From Dictyostelium discoideum (Eukaryota), in assembly GCA_000004695.1 (NCBI GenBank), contig CM000154.2:1120001-1184000 (forward strand): 64,000 nt of DNA, read 5' to 3'. The notes under the pieces were generated by a model that saw nothing but the letters and a program-made list of their open reading frames with translations, ran no database searches and was not told where the DNA came from. Below are positions 31,874 to 46,707 of the stretch, piece after piece. A program made the translations under genes and the position numbers. The stretch's first letter is position 1; each line of letters starts with the position of its first letter.

Positions 31874-32735
31874 ATTAATTAATTTTTTTAAATATTAAAA
31901 AAAAAAAAAAGTAAAAAAAAAAATAAAACTAATTAAAAATTATATATATTATATAAATACATTCAATCCTCATTTTCTTTAATTACCAATTTTTTTTTTT
32001 TTTAAAAAAACATTATTATTAATTTTTTTTTTTTTTTTATATATCCAGTTTTAAATATGTTGGTATTTAAATGAATTAAATAGATTAATTAATATTGAGT
32101 TGATTATATGAATTGGAGACTATATTTGGAAGCACAGATTCTGGAATACAATAAGCTTTGCATGTTAATTTTAGGTCTATCAAAATTGGTTTTTAAAATC
32201 GTTTATTGAACTTAACAAACCCTTTAAACATAAATAATAAAAACAATAAAAAAAATATTAAAAGTTGAATTTTTATATGAATCAGTCAATTTTCGTCATA
32301 GGTTATAATCAGGATGTAATCATCTGAAACACATGAAATAAATCTCATCACTTAACATATAAATTTCGTGCGTAAACAAAAAACCGTAAACATTCATTTG
32401 TTTTTAAACAATTTTCGTTGATATTTTTTTTGTTTTATGGGTTTTTTGAAAAAAAAAAAAAAAATAAAAAAAAATTTGTTCGCCTACATTTTTCCAAATA
32501 ATTTTAAACAAATAGATAAAATTGGTCAAAAAAAAAAAAATAAAAAAAATAAAAAAAAATAAAAAAAATAAAAAAATATAAAAAAACATTAATCCCACAA
32601 ATTTTATAATTTTCTTTTTTTTGAAAAAATGGACTAAAAAAAAAAAAAATCAATTTTCATTTTCCCTCTCCCACATTAATTAAAAAAAAAAAGAATTATA
32701 ATTAATTACAAAGGATATAATTATTAATAATAATA

Positions 32736-33263
32736 ATGTCATCAATATTAAAGAGTAGTACTGGAAGTAACCATAGCAGTACTAGTAATCATAGTAGCAT
32801 AAATAATATAAGTCAGCTAAGTGGATCTCATGGTGTAGAACAACAACAACTTAGACCAGTATTAACATTAGATGCATCAACAGCTAAACTAATGTACCAA
32901 ACTAGTCAAGAAATGTCAAGTTATATACAACAAGTTGCAAATGAACCAACAATTGGTTTATTTCATGTTCAAGATCATATAAGAAGAAACATACCTAAAA
33001 ATGTCGAATTAAAAGTAATTATATAAATATTTAACAACATCCAACTACAATAAATAAATAAATACTATATATTTACATTTAAATAAAATTAGAAAAATAT
33101 TAAAGCGTTGGGAGAAAAAATAGAAGAGAAATCATTTGATATTGATTATAGTACAAAAACAATAAAAACATTCTCAGAGATTCAAACATTTTCAAATATA
33201 TCCTCACTATTACAACAATCAATTGAAAGAGCAAATAAATTAGTTAATAAGTATGTTTTATAG
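32736..33263 (+). CDS. BORCS8 (BLOC-1-related complex subunit 8 / MEF2BNB) homologue. Exons are 32736..33014 and 33093..33263.
   Basis: Exon 1 ends …IQQVANEPTIGLFHVQDHIRRNIPKNVELK, the BORCS8 motif 'ANEPSVALYRLQEHVRRSLPEL'. The donor is GTAATT (33015) and the acceptor AAATTAG (33091-33092), phase 0. Exon 2 reads KNIKALGEKIEEKSFDIDYSTKTIKTFSEIQTFSNISSLLQQSIERANKLVNKYVL*. Confidence 0.6.
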
Positions 33264-33357
33264 ATATTTAAAAAAACAAAAAAAAAAGTAATTAATTTAT
33301 TAATATTGTAAAAAAAAAAAAAAAAATAGTAAATCACTTTTATTTGTAAACTCTCAA

Positions 33358-33615
33358 ATGGCTGCACCTTCTTCATCTAAAACATTTTCATCATTTCAAC
33401 AACAACATAAAATTTATCAACAACAACAAACCAATTTAACCCCTTCAAAACCGACACTTTCAAACGATAAAACTAACGATAATAATAACAATAATAATAA
33501 CTTAAATTTTGTTGAAAAAATAGAAAAAGAAGAAAAAATAGAAAAAGAAGATGAGGGAAAAGAAAAAGATGAAAAAGAAAAAGATGATAAAGATTTAAAT
33601 GAAAAAATAAATTAA
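33358..33615 (+). CDS. Possible small Q/N/KE-rich protein of 85 aa. It may be a spurious ORF.
   Basis: The ORF begins with ATG and is built from low-complexity KEKE-type repeats. It has no family signal and its composition is driven by repeat DNA. Confidence 0.2.
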   Translation: MAAPSSSKTFSSFQQQHKIYQQQQTNLTPSKPTLSNDKTNDNNNNNNNLNFVEKIEKEEKIEKEDEGKEKDEKEKDDKDLNEKIN

Positions 33616-34136
33616 TAACCAAATATGTAAAATAGATAAATTTCAAAAAAACAAGAATTTAATTATTCCTACACTCATTTTCGCTTTGTTTAATCTATTT
33701 TTTTTTTTTTTTTTTTATTTATTTATTTATTTATTTATTTGTTTTTTTTTTAAAAAAAAATTTATTTAACCCAAAAAATTAAGTTGTCAAATGAATTTAA
33801 AGGATGATACCAAGAGGGAAAGAGTTCTTTTTTTCTACCCAAATATTATTTTTTTTTTATTTTTTTTTTTTTTATTTTTTTTTTTTTTTATAAAAATATC
33901 TTTTTTCAAAATTTTTATTTTTTTATTTTTTTTTTTTTTAATTTTGGGAAAAATAAAAATTCAATTCATACACCTTTTCTTTTTATTTTTAATTTTTTTC
34001 CTTTTATTTCTACTACCCAAATATAAAGTAATAAGCAACATTGAAAATTTAATTAAATAATAACAGAAAGAACCAAGAAAAAAAAAAAAAAAAAAAAAAT
34101 CAATATAGGGAGCAATAGATATCCAAATCCACAAAG

Positions 34137-36802
<2,666 letters not shown>

Positions 36803-36914
36803 TAATTAAAAAAAAAATTTAAAAAAAAAAAAAAAAAAATTTTCCAAGATATAATATATATATCTCTATCTATTTATGTACAACTTTTTTTTTTTTTTTT
36901 TTTTTTTATTTATT

Positions 36915-37472
36915 TTAAATTATTAATTCTAATAATGGATTTTCATTATAATGTTTAATTACAATATTATCAAAAGTATTATTTGAAAGTGTTAAAGTTT
37001 TTAAAGAATTTAATTTTATAAATTGTTTAATGGTTTCTTCATTTAGAGTGATTCTATTATTTTGAATATTTAAATGAATAATATTTGTATTATATTTTAC
37101 AAGTTGATATAATGATTCAAATTGATCACTGTTGACCAATGATCCATTGGTTAGTGATAATGATCTTATTGATTTATTATTAATTAGAGAGTCAAAGAAT
37201 TTTGGTATAAATTGTAGAAAATAAAAACCTGATAATGATAAAGATGTAATGGTTTCATTGTATTTGAAAACTGATGAAAAGAATTCCACTACAAAAATTG
37301 GTAACTTGAAATTTAAAGAACCTCTTGTCAAGTGATTATTTATTAATTTATTTGTTTTATCCTTTGTAAATTTAATTAATAATGTTTTAATTGATTTATT
37401 ATTTATAATTGAATCTTTTAATTTTTCAATAATCATTGAAAATTCTTCAATTAATATATTATTTTGAATTAA

Positions 37473-37504
<32 letters not shown>

Positions 37505-37898
37505 CGTTATTATTATCGTTATTATTATCGTTTTTACTATTGTCAATGAATGAAAACAATTCAGAGAATGATTCACATTCTAAATGATTTAAATTATTTA
37601 ATTTAAACGCTTCAATTAATGCTAATAAACAACAATTACCTGGTCGTATTAATTTTTTAGTTGAATTTAATTTTAAAGGTGCAGAACATATACTATTGAA
37701 AATTAAATATTCTGGATCCAATAAATAAATTAACTCCAATAAATCATTTGATATATTAATATGATCCAGTAAAGTTGTTATTGAAAGTTTATAAACATTT
37801 AAATTTTTATAAACAATCAAATGACTATTATATTCACTATCATTAACATTATCATTACTATTAGTATTGTTGTTGTTAATACTGTTTTTATCAATATT

Positions 37899-37954
<56 letters not shown>

Positions 37955-38618
37955 GCTGTTCAGTATTAAATGAAAATGAACCACTTGCATATAAATTTAA
38001 AAGTAATTTTATATTTGTTTGTTGATTAGATATTAATTTAAATTTTGATAAAATTGAAAATAGATCAGGTTCTACTAGTACATTTATATTTTCACTAATA
38101 TATTCTAAATGTTTGAATAATTTTAATAAATAAATTGAATTATTTGGTGATGATAATAATTTCATAACATTTCTATTTATGTTACAAAAATCCAACATCG
38201 TTATATTATTGAAATCGACTAAACTATAATTTGGAGGTGACGTTGATATCATTGATTCATTTAAAATATAATTCTCATCAATTTCATCATCACTATATCC
38301 TTGGTCATTTATTCTCTTATTATTATTATTATTTGTTCTTATTATGAAATCATTAATATCAAAATAAATTTCTCTTGTGTAAATTATTGGAGTTGATGGT
38401 TGTTTGAATATGTATTTATAAATTTCTATACAATTTAACTTTGATTTACATATTGAACAATATTTAAACCATTTTTTTGATACCAATGCTAATGAAAGCA
38501 TGTGTTTTTGTCTAATGCCATTATAAAGGTCGTAGCTAAACTCTAAATCAAATTTTGGTTTTAAAAGGATTTGGCTGTGTTTAATTATTTCAAAATATAT
38601 ATAGTTTGGAAATTTCAT
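36915..38618 (-). CDS. Leucine-rich-repeat protein of 567 aa with polyQ and polyN inserts and an F-box-like N-terminus.
   Basis: It is a single long ORF. LRR-like repeats occur in the C-terminal half (…LSLSGF…LINNKSIRSLSLTNGSL…LNSLKTLTLSNNTF…). An F-box-like segment lies near the N-terminus (MLSLALVSKKWFKY). Confidence 0.55.
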
Positions 38619-38955
38619 CTTTTTTTTTTTGAAAAAAAAAAAATAAAGAAAAATAAAAAAATAAATTGAAATAAAAAAAAATAAAAAAAAAAAATTATTA
38701 TTTATTTGTTTTGTTTGTCTATTAAATTATTGAATACAATTTTTTTTTTTTTATGAAAATGAAATAAAAAAAAAAAAAAAAAAAATTATATGGAAAAACC
38801 CTGTTATTTGAAAAATTATTTTCACATTTTATTTTTTTTTTTTTATTTTTTTATTTTTTTAAATTTCCTAAAAAAAAATAATAAAATTTGGATAATATTT
38901 TTATTACTTTTTTTGGTATTTCCTAATGAAAAAAAAAAAAAAGATATTTTCAAAA

Positions 38956-39536
38956 TTATCTTATAACTTTGTAATCACTAATTTTCTTTACCAATGACAA
39001 TATGCTATCAATATTAACTCCTGAGTACCTTTCCAACTCATTACCATTTGAAGAAATAATAAAAGTGGGTGTTGAAGATACTGTTTGACATATTTGAATA
39101 TCCTTTTAAAAATAATGTCCATTAGTATTTATTTTTTTTTACTTAACTTTTTTTTTAAGGAAATTATTATTATTTATTTTTTTTTTTTTTCTTTAAACAT
39201 ATTTACTTTGCACTTTTTAACATCAAAAATTAAAAATAAAACATTTTCATATTCTTTCTCTGATGCTAAAATATCTTTGGTAATAGATCTCACTTAAAAT
39301 AAAAATAAAATTTTTAATATATTTAATAAAATAAAATGAAATAAAATAAAATGAAATAAAATAAAACGAAATAAAATAAAATGTAACAAAATAAAAATGA
39401 AAAAAATAAAAAAAAAACAATAAATAAAAAATAAATACTTACTGTCATCTTTTTCTCCTGTGATAATTAAAAATAAGTTTAAATTATTTTTATATTTTTC
39501 AAATTCTTGGATATTTTTAATTTCTATAATTGCCAT
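38956..39536 (-). CDS. Thioredoxin-fold protein of about 108 aa lacking the CxxC active site. Exons are 39536..39443, 39292..39207 and 39102..38956.
   Basis: Exon 1 reads MAIIEIKNIQEFEKYKNNLNLFLIITGEKDD, followed by GTAAGT (39442-39437). Exon 2 follows TTTTAAG and reads (M)RSITKDILASEKEYENVLFLIFDVKKCK, followed by GTAAAT. Exon 3 follows TTTAAAAG and reads DIQICQTVSSTPTFIISSNGNELERYSGVNIDSILSLVKKISDYKVIR*. The protein aligns with thioredoxin (…PTF…GANKEKLE…), but the WCGPCK loop is replaced by GEKDDM(R). Confidence 0.55.
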
Positions 39537-39898
39537 TTTTTTTTTTTTTTCTTTATTAATTTTGAACAGCTGATATTATAATGTATAAAAAAAAAAAAAA
39601 AATAAAATAAAATAAAAATAATGAAATTCACCACAACAATTAAAAAAAAAAAAAAAATAAAAAAAAAATAAAAATAAAATTTAATTAAAATTTAATTTTC
39701 AACTAAAAAGGGAATTTTCCTTTACCCACAGATATATATAAATATCCAAACCATTGTTCAATTTTTTTTTTATATATCTTTTTTATTTTTTTTTTTACTT
39801 TTATTTTTTATTTTTTTTTTTTAAAATTATCATATTATTACTTATTTAACTAATGTGATTTACACAAAAATTGAAAAGGGGTATTTATTATTATTTAC

Positions 39899-39962
<64 letters not shown>
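39899..39962 (+). repeat. (TTA)n microsatellite of about 21 units in the 3' UTR region just downstream of the gamma-CA stop codon.
   Basis: This is a direct read. Confidence 0.85.
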
Positions 39963-39974
39963 GTTATTTATTAT

Positions 39975-40987
39975 TTATAATGGATTATTTAAGATGTGAT
40001 CGCTTCTAGTTCTATTTTTAACGTATTTTTGTAATAAATCGTTATTTAATTCCTTGGCAGATTTTGAGGTTTGTTTTTCGTGTTGTTCAGAGAGGTTAAT
40101 GTTTTGTTCGATAATTTTTTCGAGTTGTGATTCGTCGTCTTTAGTGACTTGACGAATGAATTTTGCTGGAGAACCACCCCAATATTCACCAGATTTGATG
40201 GTTTTACCAGCTGTAAGTAATGAACCTGCTTCTAAAAATCCATTTTTCTCAACAACGCTACCATCACATAAAGTACTACCAGTACCAATAAAGCTTTCAC
40301 CAAGAATGGTTGCTGCGTGAACAATTGAACCTGGTCCAATATATACTTTATCACCAATTTGAGTTGGTTTTGGACCTAATGGGCCATTTGATGAACAATG
40401 AACAACTGTACGATCTGAAACAACTGTTTTATCACCAATATGAATTGAATTAACATCACCTAAATTATAAAATAAAATAAAATAAAATTATAAAAAAAAA
40501 AAAATCAATATCCTGTAATTTTTTTTTTTTTTTTTTTTTTTTATTTCTCTAAACTTTATTTTTATTTTTATTTTTTTTCAAATAATTATAATTACCTCTT
40601 AAAACTGCATTATACCAGATGCTTGATTCTTTACCAATAACAACATCACCAATAATTGATGCATTTGGTGCAATGAATGATTTTTGACCAACAATTGGAG
40701 CATTATCACCAAAAGCTGTTAATCTAGTATGTCTGTTTACTGTTTTATTATTTTTTTTTTTTGAATTAGTATTTTAAAATTAAAAATGAATGAATTAATG
40801 CAGTGATCATTAATTTTGTGATACGTAAAACTACCACACTCGCCAAAAAAAAAAAAAAGATTTAAAAAAACTTACATTTTTCAACATAGGCATAATCACC
40901 TTGCATTTTACAACCGGTTCTGTGTAAAATTAAACCAGTATTCTTTACAACTTCACCTAAAATTCCAAATAAACCTTTTTGTGACAT
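39975..40987 (-). CDS. Gamma-class carbonic anhydrase (left-handed beta-helix / hexapeptide family), the mitochondrial complex I-associated gamma-CA type. Exons are 40987..40876, 40739..40596 and 40459..39975.
   Basis: The translation is MSQKGLFGILGEVVKNTGLILHRTGCKMQGDYAYVEK|L|NRHTRLTAFGDNAPIVGQKSFIAPNASIIGDVVIGKESSIWYNAVLR|G|DVNSIHIGDKTVVSDRTVVHCSS…GEYWGGSPAKFIRQVTKDDES…. The donors are GTAAGT (40875-40870) and GTAATT (40595). The acceptors are AAAACAG and AATTTAG, both phase 1. The protein is a near-perfect match to plant and amoebozoan gamma-CA. Confidence 0.85.
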
Positions 40988-41243
40988 TCTTTTTTTTTGT
41001 TGTTGTATATATTTTAAAGAGCCAAATGAAATAAAAAAAAATGAAAAAAAAAAAAAATTGAAAAATTGAAAAATAAAAAAAAAAAAATAAAAAAAAAAAA
41101 AAAAAAATTGGAAAAAAAAAAAATAAAAAAAAAAAAATAATCAAAAAAAAAGAAATAATTGAAATTGTAAAAAAAAAATAATAAAACAAAAAAGTTTTCC
41201 AGGTTTTTAATAAAATTTATATTTAATATTTAATATTTAATAT

Positions 41244-41975
41244 TTATTTAATAATTTGAAAATCACCATGTAATTTAAATATTTCTCTTAAATTATCTTC
41301 AGTTAATTCTGTTGTATAAATTAATTTATTTGAAAGTTCAGATTTATCAATACGATCAATGAAAATTTTCCCAAGAAGATGATCATATTCATGCTGAAAA
41401 CAAGCTGCCAGGATACCATCAGCTTCTATTATTCTCTCTTTACCTGTAATATCTAAAAATGTAATTATACACCTTTTCGAACGTTGTACGTGTGCGAAAA
41501 TATTTGGAACTGATAAACATGATTCAAGCATTGTTATTGTATTATTCTCTGTTGGAATGGTTGGTAATGTGGATTCCTCAGTTTGAAATTTAGTTTTATA
41601 TTGTGATAAATTTAATAATTTTTCAGAACCATGTAAAAACTTTTTAAAATCTGTAATTGTACGTCTTGATGGTTTTGTAACATCTTGATCGATTAATTTA
41701 ATTTTTGGATTGAAAAATGCAGTTAATGGAAAGTTTGGACAATTTAATCCTTCTTGACTTGGAAGTTCTAATAAAAACAATTGTTTATTAACACCAATTT
41801 GAGGTGCTGCAATACCTGTACCAGTACAATCTTTCATTTCTTTATACATTTTCTCTAATAATTTTTCAACTCTTCTCACATCATTTAATTCTTCTTTTGA
41901 CCAAGGTAATGCTTTCTCCCTTAATAATTTATTACCAACTTTAACTATATTTTTTGAAATATTAACAATTTCCAT
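41244..41975 (-). CDS. Peptide deformylase (PDF), organellar type.
   Basis: The translation MEIVNISKNIVKVGNKLLRE… has the three PDF motifs: GTGIAAPQIG, ESCLSVP (the EGCLS motif) and HEYDHLLG. ORF 41244..42134 extends further 5' only through translated poly-A/T, so I took the ATG at 41975 as the start. Confidence 0.8.
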   Translation of the reverse strand: MEIVNISKNIVKVGNKLLREKALPWSKEELNDVRRVEKLLEKMYKEMKDCTGTGIAAPQIGVNKQLFLLELPSQEGLNCPNFPLTAFFNPKIKLIDQDVTKPSRRTITDFKKFLHGSEKLLNLSQYKTKFQTEESTLPTIPTENNTITMLESCLSVPNIFAHVQRSKRCIITFLDITGKERIIEADGILAACFQHEYDHLLGKIFIDRIDKSELSNKLIYTTELTEDNLREIFKLHGDFQIIK

Positions 41976-42686
41976 TTTTTTTTTTATTAAAATATTATAA
42001 AAAAAATAAAATAAAATAAAACAAAATAAAAAAAAAAGTGAAAAAAAAAAAAAAAAAACTGGTTTTAATATTTTTTTTTTTTTAAAAAACGACAAAAATA
42101 AAAAAAAAAAAAACGATAATGAAAAATCATACACATGTTTTTTTTTAATTTAAATATCTTTTTATTATTTTTTTTTAAATATAAAATAATAAAATAAAAT
42201 CACAATTTTTTGTATTAATATTTTTTATTTTTTTTATCTTTTTTATTTGCTTAATTTGATTAGTATGAAAGTATGTGTAAATATTTGATTTGGTATTTTT
42301 TTTTATTTTTTTTTTTAAAGGGAATGGAAATGAATTTTGAAATTCTAAAAATTTATTGGTAATCTGTTTCTATTTGAATTAAATTTACTATTTTGGATTT
42401 GAATAATCTTTACTGTATTTTGAAATTGAATTTATTGATTTATTTTTTTTTTATTTTTTTTTTTTTATTTATAATTTTGAAATTGGTTGATTGATTTTAA
42501 TATACTATTTTTTTTTTTTTTTTCCTTTGAATGAATTTGAATTAGTTTTTTTTTTATTTATTATTTTTGATTTAACCTGGTAATATTTTGAAAATTTAAT
42601 TTAATGATATTTATTATTTTGATAATGTAATAAAATTCTATTGTTTGATTGATCTTGATTTGTTTTTTTTTTTTTTTTTCTTTTTT

Positions 42687-42720
<34 letters not shown>

Positions 42721-42785
42721 TATTTTATATATTTTTTTTTTTTTTTATAATTTAAATATATAAAATAAATTTATATATAAATTAT

Positions 42786-42826
<41 letters not shown>

Positions 42827-42842
42827 TTTGTTTTGTTTTTGA

Positions 42843-44430
42843 TTACATAACTGAACAAGCACCTTGTTTTGGATTTTTTTGAAAATTACAATTTGCTGGA
42901 ACAGTTCCTGGCGGAATTTTCTTTGGATAACCATTTAAGATTAAAACTTTTAAACCAGGAGGGAAAATTCCAGGTACTAAAGGTCTTTTAAAAGATTTAC
43001 CCAAATAACAATGAGTTAAAGATTGAGGTAATACACCATCAATTGGATGATTATATTTCTCAGAGAATTTAATGTATTTAAGATGTGATGGTAATGAAGT
43101 GATTGGTTTATTATAGGTGTAGCCAAATTCTACGGTTTGAACATGTGATGGAATATTTTCAAAGGTTTGACTAAAATAAGAGAATTGATGGAAAGAAATC
43201 GATTTCAAATGATGAGGTAACACATTTGGAAGAAAAGGTTGATCGAAAACTTTACCAAAATTAATATTTTCCAAAGAGGGAGGAAGGGTGCCAACGGCCA
43301 AGGGCTGATTAAAACCGTCGCCAAATGTGAGGGTTTTCAATTTTGGTGGTAACATTCCAGCTTCAATTGGATGATTGAAAGCATCTGATAATAATAAAAA
43401 CTCTAAATTTGGTGGTAAGCTTATGATTGGAAGCTCAGAGATTGAGCCCTCGTCGTAAACTAAACAAGTCAATGATGTTAATCCACCAAACTCCAATGGT
43501 TGATTATATCCTTTACCCAAAAATAAACTTCTTAATGATTTTGGTATAACTAATGGATCGAATGGTTGATTATATTCGTCACCAGTCTCTAATATATTTA
43601 AATTTGGTGGAAGATCACCTGCACGAAATGCTTGATTATAACAATCTGATAGAAATAGATATTCAGCTGATGGTGGTAGTGCATGTGCTATCAATGGTTT
43701 ATTATAAGTTGCATTAATGAAATAAATATATCTAACTGACATTGGAATGGTACCTGGATGAATTGGATGATTAAAATCTGGTCCTTTTGTAAATCCAGTT
43801 TTATTTTCACATAAAAAACATAATATAATAACATTATTTGGTATAACATTTACTGGTATTGGTGAATTAAAACATACATATAATGTATTACATGTTGATG
43901 GTATTGTATTTGATGGTGATCTCCAATCTAAAAAAAATTAAAAAAAAAAAAAATATTAAAAAAAAAAAAAAAATATTAAAAAAAAAAAAAAAAAAAAATT
44001 AGTTATGTTGATAAGGGTGGTTGGGTGTAAAAAAATTTCAGCACTAAAGTGGTGAAAAGTAATTTTGTGCGACGATGGTGGTTTTGTCTTTTTTTTTTTT
44101 TACTTTATTTTTTTATTTTCTATGCGACCCCCTTAATTTTGCCTTGGTTGTATGGTGGTGTGGAAAATTTTAAAAAAAATAAAAAATCTGCAAATTTTCT
44201 GGATATTTTTTATTTTTTTTATATTTTTTTTTTTTTTATGTATAAAAATTAAAATAATAATAATAATATTTACGATATTCAACTATATGAGAATTTTTCT
44301 TTTCATCTAATTGTGGAGAAAATGGATTCATATTATGTGGGATGTTGAAAATAAATTCTTTAAATATTTTATTATATTCTTGTTGATCCTCATCAGTTAG
44401 ATTATGATGAGGTAAATGATTGCTAGTCAT
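42843..44430 (-). CDS. FNIP-repeat protein. Exons are 44430..44274 and 43927..42843.
   Basis: There are many FNIP repeats (…FNQPL..G.LP.SL..L.FG..FNQP…). ORF 42843..43742 continues in frame upstream to an acceptor TTTTTTTAG (43928-43929). Exon 1 (ORF 44236..44430) reads MTSNHLPHHN…SHIVEY(R) and ends at donor CGTAAAT (44273-44268), phase 1. The roughly 345-nt intron contains an atypically GC-richer core. Confidence 0.65.
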
Positions 44431-44751
44431 TTTTTTATTTATATATGCTGATGCTAATTGATTTATTTTTGTAATTTAATTGTACTTAAAAAAAAATTGA
44501 AAATTGTTTTTAAATTGTGTGAAATCCAATTTAAAACAATTTAAATAATTTTTTTTTATAATTAATTAATTAATTAATTAATGATTTTTGATTAATAAAT
44601 AAGGTGGATCTTGATTAGAGAAAAAAAAAAAAATAAAAAAAAATTTTGTTCCTTTGAAATTTGGAGGAGCGACTATTATTATTACAATGTTGTTAGATTT
44701 TTTTTATTATTATACACTTATTTTTAAAAAATTAAAAAAAAAAAAAAAAAA

Positions 44752-44784
<33 letters not shown>

Positions 44785-46138
44785 AAAATAAAAAAAAAAA
44801 AAAAAAAAAAAAAAATAAAAAATTAAAAAAAGAAAAAAAAAAAAAAAAAAAAAAAAAAAAGAATTACGTTTTTTGCACTAGTCTTACTATCATTTAAAAA
44901 TAAATTAATATTTTTTTTTTTTTATTTTTTTTTTTTATTATTTTTTTTTTTTTTTTTCATTGATTGACAAAAACTAAGTGTGCGCCTTCTTAAATGGTTG
45001 TTATTAAAAAGAAAAAGTTATTGTCGGTTTGGAAAAAACACTTTTTTTTTGATTTTTTTTCTGTTGTCCAAAACAAAAAACAAAAAAAATAAATGAATTT
45101 TCAAATCAAAATGATTTTTGTGTGCGTCAAATTTAGTGTGGGTTTTGTTTGATATTTATTTAATCAATTTTCAATATTTAATTCAAATTTCTCTTACATT
45201 ATTTAATTCAAAGAGATTTTTTCTCTTTTTTTATTCACTTGATTACAGTGGGATCATCAATTTTATTTCTTCTACTTTTATGAGGAAATATCAAGATTCC
45301 ACCACCAATTTCGAAATATATAAATTTGTTATTATTAAATTCTTAAATAAAATTCAATCAAATCATCATCGGGTTTTCATCTTTAAAATTAATAATCTTT
45401 TTTAAAGTTTTTTTTTTTTTTTTTTTTTTTTTAATCAAAGAAGATTCCATCATAAAATGTGGTGTTTTTGAGAAAATAAAAAAAAAAAAAAATATGAAAA
45501 TAAAATTTAAATAAACACTTTATATTTATTTTATTTATTATTTAAATTATTTATTTAATAATAATAATAATTTTTTTTTTTTTTTCTTTATTCAAAGTGT
45601 AAATGCTAAAAATTAAATTTTATTTTGTGAGATAATTATTATTATTAATATTATTTTTTTTTTTTTTTTATTCTTTGAATGGATCCCGAATTTGGCTAGT
45701 TTTGGGTGAAAAAAAAAAAAAAAAGAAAGAGGATGAAATCAGATGTATTTTAAAACCAATATTCTTTTTTTTTCTTTATTTGTACAAAAAAAAAAAAACT
45801 TGTTTTATTGTTATTATTTTTTTATTATTAATATTTTTTTTTTAAATCCATTTATGATAAATTGGGGGTATACACTATTTGGTTAAAAAAACAATAAAAA
45901 AAAAGTGAGTTATTGTTTTTTTTCTTTGAACAATCCCATTTATTACAAACCCAAAAAATTTTTTTTTTTTTAAAAAAAAAATAAAAAAAAAAATAAAAAA
46001 AAAGCAAATCATTTTTAAAACAATTATTTTTTTTTATTTTTTTTTTTTATTTATTTCCATAATCTATTTAAAAATTTCTTTTAATATTACTTTGATATTA
46101 CTATTCAATAAAAAAAAAAATAAAAAAAATAAAATAAA

Positions 46139-46413
46139 ATGAGACGTACATATGCAGGCCCATCAAGTTCAAATGGAAAATATACGTAAGTTTAAAATAA
46201 TATTTTAAAAAAAGAAAATTCTAAATAATTTAATTCCTTATCTAATTTTTTATTTTCTTTTTTTATTTAATAAATTCATTAAATAAAATTATTATTTTTT
46301 TAAAAAAAAAAAGTCCAAAACTTGACCCAGGCAAGAATTTACCAACTTCAAATTCTGGATCAAATCCAAACTATTTTTCTCAATCTAAGGGTCAAGAAGA
46401 GAACAAAAATTAA
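46139..46413 (+). CDS. Possible small protein of 47 aa. Exons are 46139..46185 and 46314..46413.
   Basis: Exon 1 reads ATG AGA CGT ACA TAT GCA GGC CCA TCA AGT TCA AAT GGA AAA TAT AC followed by GTAAGT. The acceptor is AAAAAAAAAG (46312-46313), phase 2. The product is MRRTYAGPSSSNGKYTPKLDPGKNLPTSNSGSNPNYFSQSKGQEENKN*. The exon shows non-AT-rich codon usage and a canonical splice donor. It has no family match. Confidence 0.3.
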
Positions 46414-46430
46414 GAATTTTTAATCTTCAG

Positions 46431-46461
<31 letters not shown>

Positions 46462-46707
46462 TACATAAAAAAAAAAAAAAAAAATTATAGTTTCTATTTT
46501 ATTACTTTCCATAATTTAAAAAGTAACATCAAAAAGTGGAAAAAATAAAAAAAATAAAGTTTATCATTACAAATGACCATTTAAAAATTAATTTTTCTTA
46601 ACGCCTACTTGGTGTTTTAATTGTTTTTTTTATTTTTTTTATTTTTATTTTTTATATTTTTTTTTTTATTATTTTTTTTTTATTATTTTTTTTTATTTAT
46701 TTAAATA

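Noticed and set aside
41976-42134. 5' extension of the peptide-deformylase ORF (MYDFSLSFFFFLF…KKK)
   Set aside because: It is a translation of poly-T and poly-A tracts with no coding character. The conserved PDF sequence begins at the ATG at 41975.
45118-45405. 95-aa ORF in a long AT-rich intergenic region
   Set aside because: It has AT-driven composition and no homology. No splice context links it to any neighbouring gene. It is probably non-coding.
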